Notes under the pieces: model-generated
What the model saw: the letters and a program-made list of their open reading frames with translations, nothing else
Told to the model about the DNA's origin: nothing
Databases searched by the model: none
In this document: one piece after another, positions 36,733 through 47,622 of the stretch
Layout of the letters: each line of letters starts with the position of its first letter
How positions within the stretch are numbered: position 1 is the stretch's first letter
Made by a program: the position numbers and the translations under genes
Assembly: GCA_027451965.1 (NCBI GenBank)
Contig: DAIDHJ010000001.1
Coordinates: 251,276-315,275 of the forward strand
Source: Candidatus Adlerbacteria bacterium
GTDB taxonomy: Bacteria > Patescibacteriota > Minisyncoccia > Phycocordibacterales > SBAW01
DNA: 64,000 bases
Direction of reading: 5' to 3'

Positions 36733-38904
36733 TTATGCACTATGCGGCCACTGTGCAACCATGAGAAGTTCCGTATGTTCCGGCAGACTGCTCCAAATCT
36801 CTTCGGTGATAAACGGCATAAGCGGATGCAAGAGCATGAGGCAGCGCGAGAGCATGGTGCGCAGTGTCCACCCGCGCGAGCACTTCGCCGCTTCGTCTGT
36901 TCCTTTCAGAATCGGCTTACTTGCCTCAAGGATCTCACTTGCAAAACGATCCCATAGGTAATGATAGATAAGCTCCACAACAATTGAAATACGATACTGT
37001 TCAAACTGTTCTGTTATATCTGCTGCAAGGCGATCTATTTCTGCAAGCAGTACCGCATCTTCTGGGGTGAGTGGCGGTTGTTCCAATTGCGTCTCCTTTG
37101 TGTGTTCAAGGACAAACCGGGTAATATTCCATAATTTGTTCCCAAATAACTTGTATCCCTTTACTCGCTGTTCATCAAAGGTAATGTCATTTCCTGCGGC
37201 GGCACTCACCAACAAACTCATACGAAGTGCATCAGCTCCATACTTTGTGATCATATCGAGTGGATCAATACCATTCCCCGCTGATTTACTAAATTTTTTT
37301 CCATGTTTATCTCGCACAATGCCATGAAACATTACCGTTTTAAAAGGAATTTGACCCAAATGGAATCCGCTCATGAGAATCATGCGTGAGACCCATAGAT
37401 AGAGAAGTTCATACCCAGGAGAGAGGAACGATGTCGGATGAAATGTTTCAAGGTCTTTCGTGTGTTCCGGCCAGCCAAGTGTAGAAAAGGTCCATAGCGC
37501 CGATGAAAACCACGTATCAAGCACGTCAGGGTCTTGCGCCCAGCCATTTTCGGCAGGCGCTGTAAGTCCGCAGTACACTTCATCGTCGCGATACCACACA
37601 GGGATGCGATGACCGAACCAGATCTGTCGCGAGATACACCAGTCTCGTAAATGCTCAATCCAATGAAAATATGATTTTCTGAATCGATCGGGAAACATGT
37701 TGATCGCGCCGCTTTCCACGCTCTGCAACATGATCTGTTTGAGCGTTGTTTCTGTTCCCGATGCAATACCAGGGATTTCAGAATGAGAAAGCACGAACGG
37801 TTTATCCACGTCAATGAACCATTGTAATTTCGGTAATGGTTCCACAATACCCCCTGTCCGTTCCGCGGTAGAGATGTTCTGATCTATCTCTATCTCATTC
37901 TCTAAAAGTCCTTCATTGGTAAGCCACTGAATTACTAACTCTCGCGCTTCCGTTGTCTTTTTATCTTTCAGACGTCCATCAACCATCATGCGCGCGTATT
38001 CATTGATCACCTGCGGGCGGGGAAGATCGTGGCGGTCTGCAATTTCCCAATCAGCCATGCTATGCGCCGGAGTCACTCCGAGCGCCCCTGTTCCGAATTC
38101 CTGTTCAACGCTTGAGTCGGCAACGATCTGGATATGCAGCGGCACATCACAAAACACCACATCATATTCTTTGCCGATAAATGCTTGATACCGCGGATCA
38201 TCGGGATGTACGGCAACCGCAACATCGCCCACCTTTGTTTCTGGGCGGGTAGTTGCGATGGCAATCGGAAAATCCTTTGCATATTTGAAGGTATACAATT
38301 TTGCTTTCCGCGTTTCATACACGATTTCATCGTCAGAAATGGTGGTTTGTCCTTTTGGATCCCAGTTGATGATCCGATTGCCGCGGTAAATGAGGCCTGC
38401 TTCATACATGCGGACAAACGCAGTCATGACTGCGTTTGTACGTTTTTCATCAAGGGTATACGCATATCGCGACCAATCCAGTGACGCGCCCATTTGGCGT
38501 ACCTGGGCAAGAATGGTGTGCTCGCTTCCTTTTGCGAATGCTTCAACCTGGCGTACCAGTTCTTCGCGGCCGATGTCATGCCGACTTTTGCCTTCACTTT
38601 TTTGTATATTCTTCTCCACGCGAGCCTGAGTTGCGATTGCAGCAGAGTCAGTGCCCGGGATCCACAGTACTTTTTTACCTTGCATACGTTGATACCGGAC
38701 AATGGTGTCTTGCAATGCATCTTCGTATGCATGTCCCAAATGGAGCACTCCAGTTACGTTTGGCGGAGGAAGTACCACACAAAACGGTTCCGTTCTATTT
38801 CCAGGAAGCGTGTCGGGGTTAAAATAGCCACTTTGTTCCCATCGAGTATAGATAGGACCTTCTACCTGTGTGTGATCGTAGGGTTTGAGAAATTTTTCAG
38901 GCAT
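36733..38904 (-). CDS. valS: Valyl-tRNA synthetase lacking the C-terminal coiled coil
   Basis: PPPNVTGVLHLGH, DWCISRQIWFGHRIP, KFSKS. Confidence 0.97.
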   Translation of the reverse strand: MPEKFLKPYDHTQVEGPIYTRWEQSGYFNPDTLPGNRTEPFCVVLPPPNVTGVLHLGHAYEDALQDTIVRYQRMQGKKVLWIPGTDSAAIATQARVEKNIQKSEGKSRHDIGREELVRQVEAFAKGSEHTILAQVRQMGASLDWSRYAYTLDEKRTNAVMTAFVRMYEAGLIYRGNRIINWDPKGQTTISDDEIVYETRKAKLYTFKYAKDFPIAIATTRPETKVGDVAVAVHPDDPRYQAFIGKEYDVVFCDVPLHIQIVADSSVEQEFGTGALGVTPAHSMADWEIADRHDLPRPQVINEYARMMVDGRLKDKKTTEARELVIQWLTNEGLLENEIEIDQNISTAERTGGIVEPLPKLQWFIDVDKPFVLSHSEIPGIASGTETTLKQIMLQSVESGAINMFPDRFRKSYFHWIEHLRDWCISRQIWFGHRIPVWYRDDEVYCGLTAPAENGWAQDPDVLDTWFSSALWTFSTLGWPEHTKDLETFHPTSFLSPGYELLYLWVSRMILMSGFHLGQIPFKTVMFHGIVRDKHGKKFSKSAGNGIDPLDMITKYGADALRMSLLVSAAAGNDITFDEQRVKGYKLFGNKLWNITRFVLEHTKETQLEQPPLTPEDAVLLAEIDRLAADITEQFEQYRISIVVELIYHYLWDRFASEILEASKPILKGTDEAAKCSRGWTLRTMLSRCLMLLHPLMPFITEEIWSSLPEHTELLMVAQWPHSA

Positions 38905-38918
38905 GCAGCCAATATACG

Positions 38919-39989
38919 TTATTTTGCTTCGGTAATCGAGAGGTTGCCGATTGCGCGAATCTGAACAGGAGGATGCTCTGTGTTCCACATACGGCGTAAA
39001 AAACGAACCAACGCCGCCTCTGCAATCATGACAGCGTTGTCTCCAGTAATGGAGAGTTCCGGCAGTTTGAGTGTTACCGTAGGGAATTCTTCTGCCAGTA
39101 GGCGTTCAAGTGCGGTACGAATATGCAGGTTTGCTGCTACACCGCCGCCGATAACAAATGTGCGGGCGTGAGAAAGGGCGAGCGCTCGCCGTGTTTTTGC
39201 AACAAACACATCGGTAACAGCATCTTCAAATTCTCTAGCAAATCCCATCCGCTCTTGCTCTGATATGGTTCCATGATCGCGCAATGCATAGAGCATTGCT
39301 GTTTTGAGTCCTGAAAATGACACATCACAGGTCTCCATGTGCACCATGGGGCGGGGAAGTGATTTCGGTGCAGTAAGGTTTTGTATGCGCGCTTCTTTTG
39401 CCAATCGGGAGATATGCGGTCCTCCCGGATAGGGGAGATCCAGCATGCGTGCCACCTTATCAAATGCTTCTCCCACCGCGTCATCGCGTGTTTCACCGAT
39501 GATGGCATACGTAAACCATTCAGACATCACTGTAAATTCGCTATGGCCTCCAGAGATGAGCAATCCCAATACCGGAAGAGCAATATCAGACAATATTCCT
39601 TGCTCCACTAGAGAAGAAATGAGATGTCCTTCCAGGTGATTCACACCAAACAGCGGTTTGTGCCACTCTTGTGCCAGCGTTTGGGCGAAGGTAACACCGC
39701 TCCAGAGTGCCGGCTCCAATCCAGGCCCTTGTGTTACTACGATCGCTCCTATTGTTTCTGGAATAGTGCGAGCTTCTTGCAACGCTTCCTCTAGGAGGAG
39801 CGGAAGATTTTTTTCATGTTCCCGTTTTGCCAGAGTCGGGTAGACTCCTCCAAAGGAAGCGTGGAGCGACGCTTGGGAAAAAAGTGTGTTACTCAGCACC
39901 TGAAAACGAATCTCAGTGCCTTCTTTTTCTCCTTCCACTATAGCGATCCCTGTTTCATCGCACGATGTTTCGATGGCCAAAATGCGCAT
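38919..39989 (-). CDS. tsaD: tRNA t6A biosynthesis protein TsaD
   Basis: IETSCDETG, NHLEGH, SGGHS, TRDDAVGEAFDKVAR, DNAVMI. Confidence 0.97.
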   Translation of the reverse strand: MRILAIETSCDETGIAIVEGEKEGTEIRFQVLSNTLFSQASLHASFGGVYPTLAKREHEKNLPLLLEEALQEARTIPETIGAIVVTQGPGLEPALWSGVTFAQTLAQEWHKPLFGVNHLEGHLISSLVEQGILSDIALPVLGLLISGGHSEFTVMSEWFTYAIIGETRDDAVGEAFDKVARMLDLPYPGGPHISRLAKEARIQNLTAPKSLPRPMVHMETCDVSFSGLKTAMLYALRDHGTISEQERMGFAREFEDAVTDVFVAKTRRALALSHARTFVIGGGVAANLHIRTALERLLAEEFPTVTLKLPELSITGDNAVMIAEAALVRFLRRMWNTEHPPVQIRAIGNLSITEAK

Positions 39990-39999
39990 AGTTCGATAG

Positions 40000-40072
40000 T
40001 GCACGCTGAGGGACTCGAACCCCCGGCCCTTCCCACGTCAAGGGAATGCTCTACCAACTGAGCTAAGCGTGC
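40000..40072 (-). tRNA. tRNA-Val(GAC)
   Basis: TTCCC-TT-GAC-GT-GGGAA; cloverleaf. Confidence 0.93.
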
Positions 40073-40141
40073 AGATGAGTCAACTCTAGCGAGTTTTTTT
40101 CAAAAAGCAACCGTATAAAGCCCTTGTGCTATAGTGCGTTG

Positions 40142-41941
40142 GTGAGTACTGAAAACGCAAAAGAACCTATTATTACAACGCATGGATTGCACACGGGAGC
40201 CCGTGTCCTGTGGCGCTATATTCGTATATATCGCCGGGAAATTGTCTTTATCACGATTCTCGGAGTGATTGCGGCTGTGGCAAATGCGACTGTTCCGTAC
40301 ATCGCCGGAAAGTTTTTCGATGCGATTATCACTCCGTCTCATATACAGCTGTTTGGACGCGTGTGGCCCTTGTATGCAGTGCTCCTTGCATTGTGGGCGG
40401 TCATACAACTCATCAATTCTCTCATGAATTGGCAGATTAATATTCGCAGTGAAAACTTTTCGAATACCGTGTGGGTGGATTATTGGTCTGCTGGTATTTC
40501 CAAAATACTGGAACTCCCCATGGCTTTCCATAAGGCAAAGAAAATAGGGGAAACAGAAGAGAAAATAAACCGCGCCTCAGGACAGCTGGAAACGATTGTA
40601 GGACAAATTGTCATTGATCTTACGCCGCAATTTCTCTCTATATTCGTGGTCATAGCGATTGGCCTTACCATAAGCTACTTGCTCACTCTAGCGCTCATCA
40701 TTGGTATTGTGCTGTATGTCATTATTTTGTTGCGCACGGTTCGTCCTATAGCTGAATTACAACGAGAATATCAAAAAAATCTATTTCGAGCCTATGGCGA
40801 CAGTTATGAACTGATGGGTAATGTAGCTACCGTCAAGCAGGCGGTTTCAGAAGCATATGAACGCAACCGTATCCTCACTCTCCTAAAAGGACCAGTACTC
40901 ACGCTCTGGAATAAAATGAACTTTATTTGGAGCAATCTTTCGCTTGCACAAGCAGTTATTATTCTTGCTACACAGCTCACTATTTTTATTATTTCTATCG
41001 CTCTGATTACCAAAGGAGTCATCACGATAGGAAATCTTCTGGCATTCAATGCCTATGCAACTATGGTATTCGGACCATTCGTGGTAGTGGGAAGACAATG
41101 GCAGACGATCCAAAATGGGTTGGTGCAGCTGGAAGAAGCGGAAAAAATTCTTGCCGAACCGTCTGAACAGTATGCGCCGGCAGGAGGCGATATTGGAGAA
41201 TTGCATGGTGATGTAGTGTTCAATCACGTTTCATTCGCGTATGAAGGCAATAGGCCGATATTGCAAGACGTATCATTCTCCGTACATGCAGGTCAATCGG
41301 TCGCCCTTGTAGGTGAATCGGGTGTGGGAAAATCGACTCTTATTGATCTTATTTCTGGATTTCATTTTCCCAATACGGGGGAAGTGCTCATAGACGGAAG
41401 ACCAACAAATACGCTCAATCTGAAGCAACTGCGTCAGCAGATTGGTGTAGTACCGCAAGAGGTTGTCCTCTTTAATGATACGATCAGAAACAACATTCGT
41501 TACGGCTCGTTTTCTGCTAGTGACACAGAAGTGCATGAAGCGGCAAAAGAAGCTTATGCACAGGATTTTATTCTGAAATTTCCGGATACCTGGGAGCAGT
41601 TGGTCGGCGAGCGAGGAGTGAAGCTCTCCGTAGGGCAGAAACAGCGGGTCGCAATTGCACGAGCGATACTGCGACATCCACGTATTCTGGTGTTGGATGA
41701 GCCTACCTCGGCCCTTGATGCGGGATCTGAACGGGCGGTGACTGAATCGCTGGAACGACTGATGAAAGGAAAAACTACTTTTATTATTGCGCACCGGCTT
41801 TCTACCGTACGGCGCGCTGATCTTATTTTAGTAATCAAAGACGGTCGTATCATTGAATCGGGTTCGCATGAAGAATTGCTGAGTAAAGAGGAAGGGGAAT
41901 ATCGCAGGCTCTATGAGCTGCAAATAGGATTACACGCATAA
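40142..41941 (+). CDS. ABC exporter, fused permease/ATPase (MsbA/Atm1-like)
   Basis: Six TMs, GESGVGKS, LSVGQKQR, LDEPTS; TATAGT-6 nt-GTG start. Confidence 0.93.
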   Translation: MSTENAKEPIITTHGLHTGARVLWRYIRIYRREIVFITILGVIAAVANATVPYIAGKFFDAIITPSHIQLFGRVWPLYAVLLALWAVIQLINSLMNWQINIRSENFSNTVWVDYWSAGISKILELPMAFHKAKKIGETEEKINRASGQLETIVGQIVIDLTPQFLSIFVVIAIGLTISYLLTLALIIGIVLYVIILLRTVRPIAELQREYQKNLFRAYGDSYELMGNVATVKQAVSEAYERNRILTLLKGPVLTLWNKMNFIWSNLSLAQAVIILATQLTIFIISIALITKGVITIGNLLAFNAYATMVFGPFVVVGRQWQTIQNGLVQLEEAEKILAEPSEQYAPAGGDIGELHGDVVFNHVSFAYEGNRPILQDVSFSVHAGQSVALVGESGVGKSTLIDLISGFHFPNTGEVLIDGRPTNTLNLKQLRQQIGVVPQEVVLFNDTIRNNIRYGSFSASDTEVHEAAKEAYAQDFILKFPDTWEQLVGERGVKLSVGQKQRVAIARAILRHPRILVLDEPTSALDAGSERAVTESLERLMKGKTTFIIAHRLSTVRRADLILVIKDGRIIESGSHEELLSKEEGEYRRLYELQIGLHA

Positions 41942-41963
41942 AAAGAGTAGCGCTCAAGGCTCT

Positions 41964-42644
41964 TTAGTAGTGAGAGATGCCTTCGGTAGCTGGTTCTCCC
42001 ACCTCAAGCACTACAAACGTTTTTATGCTCCCATCAATCCATTTTCCACGTGCAATGCCAACTCCTGCGTCGGTATATACACTATTATCAATACTTTTTA
42101 AGGAAGCAGGGTCGTGTTCCCATGCACTTGCTACGGTAATTGGTGTATCGAACCCCAATGCAAGCGTTTCTCCTACGTTCTCTTCTCCGACGCTATATTG
42201 TGGATTTGCTTGAAAGATATCCTTACCATCTGCATTCAGATGTCCATAATATTGCCGACTTGCCATATCGTCAGCCTTTAGCTGTGCCATGTGCATGAGC
42301 GCTGCATTTGAGGTTAATGCAGGCAATCCTTGTGCAAATCGATAGGTATTAATCTGCTCGAGAAGACTCTGTGGCGTGAGAGTTTCGTAGGATCCGGAAG
42401 CGATTAAATCTGAGGGAGTGGTGGTGCGGAAGTAGGCAATACTGCCAACGATGAGGGCAAGCAACGCTCCTGTATACACATAACGTTTGTATGCTGCATC
42501 ATGTACGAAATAAATGTCATTGTGCCACTGCCGGTAGGGAAATATCTCCCAATTAGGAGAAAGTATTACGTCTAAGGCGATAGAATCATGCTTTGTGTTC
42601 TCCCGATGAAGAAATGTTTTTGGTGTGATAGTATACGATGTCAT
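41964..42644 (-). CDS. CAP/SCP domain protein
   Basis: TM + INTYR...GLPAL, AQLKADDM..RQYYGH, GETLA, GVGIA. Confidence 0.8.
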   Translation of the reverse strand: MTSYTITPKTFLHRENTKHDSIALDVILSPNWEIFPYRQWHNDIYFVHDAAYKRYVYTGALLALIVGSIAYFRTTTPSDLIASGSYETLTPQSLLEQINTYRFAQGLPALTSNAALMHMAQLKADDMASRQYYGHLNADGKDIFQANPQYSVGEENVGETLALGFDTPITVASAWEHDPASLKSIDNSVYTDAGVGIARGKWIDGSIKTFVVLEVGEPATEGISHY

Positions 42645-42681
42645 TCTTTTTATTATCGCATGTACAGGTACTGCATAAGAG

Positions 42682-42768
42682 CGGAGAGGGTGGGATTTGA
42701 ACCCACGATCCAGTTTCCCGGATGCCGCATTTCGAGTGCGGTGCCTTCGACCACTCAGCCACCTCTCC
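42682..42768 (-). tRNA. tRNA-Ser(CGA)
   Basis: CCGCA-CT-CGA-AA-TGCGG; long variable arm. Confidence 0.95.
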
Positions 42769-42823
42769 AAAAACACCAGCAACCATAGCATTTTTTTCTA
42801 AATTCAGCTATAGTTTTGATGCA

Positions 42824-42895
42824 GGCCCTATCGTCTAACGGTTAGGACAGCGCCCTTTCACGGCGTAAATCCGGGTTCGATTCCCGGTAGGGTCG
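42824..42895 (+). tRNA. tRNA-Glu(TTC)
   Basis: GCGCC-CT-TTC-AC-GGCGT. Confidence 0.95.
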
Positions 42896-42922
42896 CTATT
42901 TAATTAAGAATATACCTTATCT

Positions 42923-43228
42923 ATGCAAGAAAATGATACAAACAGAGCGTCACATATTTTAGGTACTTCTTCTACGCTCCTGGGTTTTTCTTTTGTCGTA
43001 CTTGTTGATCTTCATGCCGTCGGTCTTGCTCGCAATGGAATCATCGCGAAAATGTCTGCCTTTTGTATTGGTATATTTGCTATTAGTACATTTCTTTCCT
43101 ATGCATCTATTCATGCAAAAACGAAAGGGAGAGGATATCGTTTAGAGGCATTAGCAAGCTATATTTTCCTCAGTGGATTATTGCTTCTTATAATTGCCGC
43201 CTTGCTTCTCTCTTTAAATGTCATGTAA
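42923..43228 (+). CDS. Small 3-TM membrane protein
   Basis: HILGTSSTLLG..., LSYASI; AT-rich. Confidence 0.75.
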   Translation: MQENDTNRASHILGTSSTLLGFSFVVLVDLHAVGLARNGIIAKMSAFCIGIFAISTFLSYASIHAKTKGRGYRLEALASYIFLSGLLLLIIAALLLSLNVM

Positions 43229-43318
43229 TAAGGCTTTCTACTGTGCCAGGTAGTGATGCACCAAAAATGTATATACTACGTATACCTATATAGATAACTG
43301 TTCATAAGGAGTAAGTCA

Positions 43319-43708
43319 TTGTTCCGTTTTGTGTTACTGTTTGGACTTCTGCTCTCTCTTCTTGTTAATGGGAAGGCGGAGGCGCATACAGTACCTGTAG
43401 CGCATAAAACCCACTATTGGATGTTGGCTAGTTGGTATAATCTTCCTGGTCGCACCATGGCGGATGGTAAGATCTTCAAAGAAGGAGATCCGACGATTGC
43501 AGCTAATCTTAGCCTACCCTTCGGGACTGTTCTTTGGGTAAAGAATCCTCATACAGGTAAGGTATTAAAAGTTATCGTACAAGACAGAGGACCCGCACGT
43601 CGGACCGGCCGACAGCTTGATCTATCTGAAGCGGCTGCCAATATTCTTGGGTATACCCTCGCTGGGGTAGTACATTTAGAAGTTGTTGCTATGCAGCCGC
43701 CAAAGTAG
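43319..43708 (+). CDS. RlpA-like DPBB lytic transglycosylase
   Basis: ASWY, MADG, LPFGT, VQDRGP, LDLSEAAA; AAGGAG SD with TTG start. Confidence 0.88.
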   Translation: MFRFVLLFGLLLSLLVNGKAEAHTVPVAHKTHYWMLASWYNLPGRTMADGKIFKEGDPTIAANLSLPFGTVLWVKNPHTGKVLKVIVQDRGPARRTGRQLDLSEAAANILGYTLAGVVHLEVVAMQPPK

Positions 43709-43757
43709 TAACAAATTAAGTATTTTTTCTTTTTCCATCCCCCGATTTATTCGGGGG

Positions 43758-44687
43758 TTATTTTTTTGCTTGCAGGTAATAAAAAATATCTTCAAGAGCC
43801 TTCACTGCATCGCCCGCAGCAATATTGTTTTGATGGTACAGCCCATCCGAGCAGTCGCCGGCCGCCCATATGCCTTCGAGGGAAGTGCGCTGATTTTTTG
43901 GATCTACTTTAATAAATCCATTTTGGTCTTTTGCCACGAGATCGCCCACAAAGGCAGTGGCAGGTATAGCACCAATTTCTACAAATATGCCGGTCACTGG
44001 TACTTCGGTGATCTCTCCAGTTTTTTCATTTTTTACGAATATTTTTTGTACAAATGCCTCTCCTTGGATTTCAATAGGAGAGGAATCAGTCAGTACATGC
44101 ATATTGGGATGAGCGACCACCGCCTTCACAGTAAGCTGATCCGCTTTTGCAAAATCACTATGGCGATGGATGAGCGTGACGCTTTTGGTATAGGCGAGCA
44201 GTTGTGCGGCTGATTCAAAACCGGCATTACCGCCACCGACCACTGCTACATCCTGTCCGGCAAACAACGGACCATCACAGGAGGCACAGTAGGTAAGCCC
44301 TTTGTTTTCAAATTGGTCTGCGCCGGGAATCACAAGCTTGCGCCGGGAACCACCGGTAGCGATGAGGAGTGCGCGAGCAGTATATGCTCCCTTGCTTGTT
44401 TCTACCGCAAACCCTTCTGGCGTTTTTCGTACGCTTGTTGCTCGTTCTCCAATTTGGAGTGTGAGCACATCGTCAGCATACGCACGCAGATGTGTTTCAA
44501 GCTGCTTTGCGAGATCATTGCCTGCTATTTTTTCTGTACCAATCCAATTCTGAACTTCCAAGGAATCGGTGCTTTGTCCACCTATAGTCTCTGCAATAAA
44601 AACAGTGTGAAGACGTTTACGCGCAGCGTAGACTCCAGCGGCAACGCCGGCAGGACCGCCGCCAATAATCGCAAGGTCGTATACCAT
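43758..44687 (-). CDS. trxB: Thioredoxin reductase (TrxB/AhpF C-domain-like)
   Basis: GGGPAG, YCASCDG, VGGGNAG, AAGD. Confidence 0.88.
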   Translation of the reverse strand: MVYDLAIIGGGPAGVAAGVYAARKRLHTVFIAETIGGQSTDSLEVQNWIGTEKIAGNDLAKQLETHLRAYADDVLTLQIGERATSVRKTPEGFAVETSKGAYTARALLIATGGSRRKLVIPGADQFENKGLTYCASCDGPLFAGQDVAVVGGGNAGFESAAQLLAYTKSVTLIHRHSDFAKADQLTVKAVVAHPNMHVLTDSSPIEIQGEAFVQKIFVKNEKTGEITEVPVTGIFVEIGAIPATAFVGDLVAKDQNGFIKVDPKNQRTSLEGIWAAGDCSDGLYHQNNIAAGDAVKALEDIFYYLQAKK

Positions 44688-44691
44688 TTGG

Positions 44692-45918
44692 CTATTTTAT
44701 CTTAGGTCGTCGAAGGAATGAAGGCACTACGCCCCATTCATCCTCTTCATCCTCTTCTTTCTTTGAAAGTTTGAGTTTTGATTCTGGTTGTTTCTCTTCC
44801 TCCTTTTCTTTTTCTTTCACAATATCTTTTATAGACGCGACTGGAGTTGGTGTGGGGGCAGGAGTATTGAAGATCTTTCCCACCAATGGGGTTTCTTTCT
44901 CTTCCTTCTCTCGTTCACCAGCAAATGTTGAAAAGAGGGATGCGCCTCGCGCTGGTGTTCCAGATGTTGGAAAGCCAGTAGCAATGACCGTAACGCGCAC
45001 GTCGTCTTTCTTCAGCTTGTCGTCCTTGATAGCGCCAAAGATGATCTTTGCATTCGGGTCGACTGATTCGGTAATAATCTTTGCTGCTTCATGCACTTCT
45101 ATCATGCCAAGGTCATCACCACCGGCAATAGCAAAGAGCACCCCCTTTGCACCGTTGATAGAGAGCTCAAGGAGCGGGGAAGAAACAGCTGCTTTCGCTG
45201 CCGTTTGTGCTCGGTTTTCACCGGAAGCAATGCCGATACCCATAAGCGCCGAACCGGCGTTTTGCATGACCGCTCGTATGTCGGCAAAGTCAACATTGAT
45301 AATGCCCGGATGGGTGATGAGATCGGAAATACCTTCCACCGCCTGCTTCAGCACATCATCGCACATAGCAAACGCATCTTTCAATGTGGTGTTTTTTTCA
45401 ACGGTTGCGAGTAGTCGGTCGTTTGGAATCACGATAAGAGCGTCGACTTCCTTGCGCAGTTCATCAAGTCCTTGTTCAGCAATACGCATGCGCTGCTGCC
45501 CTTCGAATGAGAATGGTTTGGTTACTACACCAACGGTAAGTGCCCCTAATTCCTTTGCGACATTAGCAACAACTGGCGCTGCACCAGTTCCGGTACCGCC
45601 ACCCATACCACAGGCAACAAACACCATGTCCGATCCCTTGAGTGCCTGCTGTATTTCTTCCTTTGTTTCTTCTGCTGCACGCTTTCCGACATCCGGATTC
45701 ATGCCAGCGCCGAGTCCGCGGGTAAGATTTTTCCCGATATGAATTTTTTTCTTTGCAAGTGACTGGTGCAAGTCCTGTGCATCAGTGTTGACGCTGATAA
45801 AATCAACGCCGCGCATCTTACTTTCCACCATGTGATTGATGGCATTTCCTCCTGAGCCTCCGACACCGACGACACGAATCCGAGCGAATGCTTCTACTTC
45901 TGGTTGTACTTGCGGCAT
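44692..45918 (-). CDS. ftsZ: Cell division protein FtsZ
   Basis: [17 protein letters not shown]-terminal VPSFLRR. Confidence 0.99.
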   Translation of the reverse strand: MPQVQPEVEAFARIRVVGVGGSGGNAINHMVESKMRGVDFISVNTDAQDLHQSLAKKKIHIGKNLTRGLGAGMNPDVGKRAAEETKEEIQQALKGSDMVFVACGMGGGTGTGAAPVVANVAKELGALTVGVVTKPFSFEGQQRMRIAEQGLDELRKEVDALIVIPNDRLLATVEKNTTLKDAFAMCDDVLKQAVEGISDLITHPGIINVDFADIRAVMQNAGSALMGIGIASGENRAQTAAKAAVSSPLLELSINGAKGVLFAIAGGDDLGMIEVHEAAKIITESVDPNAKIIFGAIKDDKLKKDDVRVTVIATGFPTSGTPARGASLFSTFAGEREKEEKETPLVGKIFNTPAPTPTPVASIKDIVKEKEKEEEKQPESKLKLSKKEEDEEDEWGVVPSFLRRPKIK

Positions 45919-46005
45919 ATACGTTAGTTAATCCCCTAAATGGTATGACTCACTCTACCACCTGAAGAGGAAGAGGTGCAACAATTTGACAGAAGAACTC
46001 TTCCG

Positions 46006-47184
46006 TTACGGAAGAAACTTTTTTATCCACTGCCATATACCCGAAAAAAGCTCAGTAAATGAGCTGTCGCTCGCCTGTTCAAGATCTCCACCCTGAGTAA
46101 ACCCCCACACCGTAAGACCGTAGGACACTGCCCATGAACCGTCTTTGACCTGTAGTTGGGAGGTAGTGTTATCACTAAGTGCTGCAACACGAGAAGGAAG
46201 GCGCAGTACTGCTTTTGCCAAATCAGAAACGGTCTGAAGCGAAGAACCTCCGCCAGTCAGAATAATGCCCCCGGGAAGCAATTCATCTTTTTTGATCTTC
46301 TTCAGATGCGCTTCTATCAGCTTGAACATATCCGATACCCGCTTGGAAATAAGGTCATCAATTTTTCGTTTGGGATACGGAGAACCGAATACTACCCCTT
46401 GTTTAAGCTGCTCAGCTTCTTCAGGAGCGATACGTAATCCTAAAGCAAGGTCGTTGGTAATATCGGTACTACCGACGGGAAATACTTTTATGGAAATAGG
46501 CATAGAATCTTCAAATACGATGATAGAAAGCGTTTCAGATCCGATATTCGCCAGCACGCACCCTACACGTTTCTGCGTTTTACTGAGTGCCACGAAGGAT
46601 GCGGCAATCGGCGCAGCAACAACATCCTCCACTTCCATACCCGCCTCCTCCACCGCAGCGACCAAGTCGTTGACATGCTGTGTGAGGCAGGTGATGAAAA
46701 TTGCTTCCGTCGTAAGGCGCGTCCCTTTCATGCCGATTGGACTACGTCCTAGCAGCTTTACTCCATCGATAGTGTAATGGAGGGGAATACGATGAATGAT
46801 TTTCCGGTTGACGAGCGTTGCCGGAGGCAATGCTGCTTCGCTTGCATCGAGGGCTCGGGCGATGTCGCGCTCTGTAATCTCCGAGTCGCCTCGCTCCACT
46901 ACCGTCTCTCCGCGAGAAAATGCTTCTTCAAGTCCGATACCGCCAATGCTGAGATAGGCGCGCCGCACTTTCTGCTGTGCGGCCTTGCTGGCTTGCGCGG
47001 TTGCTGCGGCGATAGAGCGCGCTACATCAGACACCGATACGATGTATCCGTTACGCAACCCTCTGCTTTCAGCATATCCCACTCCTAAAATACGCGGCAG
47101 TTGCCGCGGATCATCGGGATGTTCAGCTATCACCACTTTTACATGGTACGAACCTACATCAATACCGGTAACAATTTTTTGCAT
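46006..47184 (-). CDS. ftsA: Cell division protein FtsA
   Basis: GIDVGS, LTGGGS, amphipathic C-terminus; upstream of ftsZ. Confidence 0.95.
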   Translation of the reverse strand: MQKIVTGIDVGSYHVKVVIAEHPDDPRQLPRILGVGYAESRGLRNGYIVSVSDVARSIAAATAQASKAAQQKVRRAYLSIGGIGLEEAFSRGETVVERGDSEITERDIARALDASEAALPPATLVNRKIIHRIPLHYTIDGVKLLGRSPIGMKGTRLTTEAIFITCLTQHVNDLVAAVEEAGMEVEDVVAAPIAASFVALSKTQKRVGCVLANIGSETLSIIVFEDSMPISIKVFPVGSTDITNDLALGLRIAPEEAEQLKQGVVFGSPYPKRKIDDLISKRVSDMFKLIEAHLKKIKKDELLPGGIILTGGGSSLQTVSDLAKAVLRLPSRVAALSDNTTSQLQVKDGSWAVSYGLTVWGFTQGGDLEQASDSSFTELFSGIWQWIKKFLP

Positions 47185-47223
47185 GGATACATAAAGGAAG
47201 CGCCCGGAGAGCCAGGCGCTTGG

Positions 47224-47622
47224 TCAAAGGCGTACTACTACGCCAAATCGTTTCAGTAAGCGCCGCTCACTGGCTTCCATTGTAGCACCATGTACAAATC
47301 CTTTTAAATGTAGCATGCCGTGGATAAAGAGGTAGGAAAGAAAATCGTTCGGAGTCGCTTCGTAGAGAGATGCTTGTGTGCGGGCAGTGGCAGGGCACAG
47401 AAGAATTTCGCCGCTATGTTTGGAAAGAGAGAAAGAAAGCACATTGGATGGAACATCCTTGTGCTTCGTCTGTTTGCTAATGCGGCGCGCTTCGCTAGGA
47501 GAAAGGAGTGCTACTGAGAGATCATACGTATTTCCAAGCACGGCCTGCTTGAGGGCAACAAACGGAACACCCGGCAGTTTCCCCCGGGTTTTATTGACGA
47601 TAGCGACACTTGTTCGCTTCAT
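47224..47622 (-). CDS. ybeY: rRNA maturation endoribonuclease YbeY
   Basis: NVLSF, GEILLC, HGMLHLKGFVH. Confidence 0.93.
   Translation of the reverse strand: MKRTSVAIVNKTRGKLPGVPFVALKQAVLGNTYDLSVALLSPSEARRISKQTKHKDVPSNVLSFSLSKHSGEILLCPATARTQASLYEATPNDFLSYLFIHGMLHLKGFVHGATMEASERRLLKRFGVVVRL

Noticed and set aside
42645-42791. N-terminal extension of the CAP-domain ORF
   Set aside because: Reads through tRNA-Ser(CGA); the ATG at 42644 is more plausible
44771-45742. Long antisense ORFs (also 1569..2342, 13818..14528, 15405..16217, 60970..61791)
   Set aside because: Shadows of conserved genes on the other strand, with no motifs or start signals
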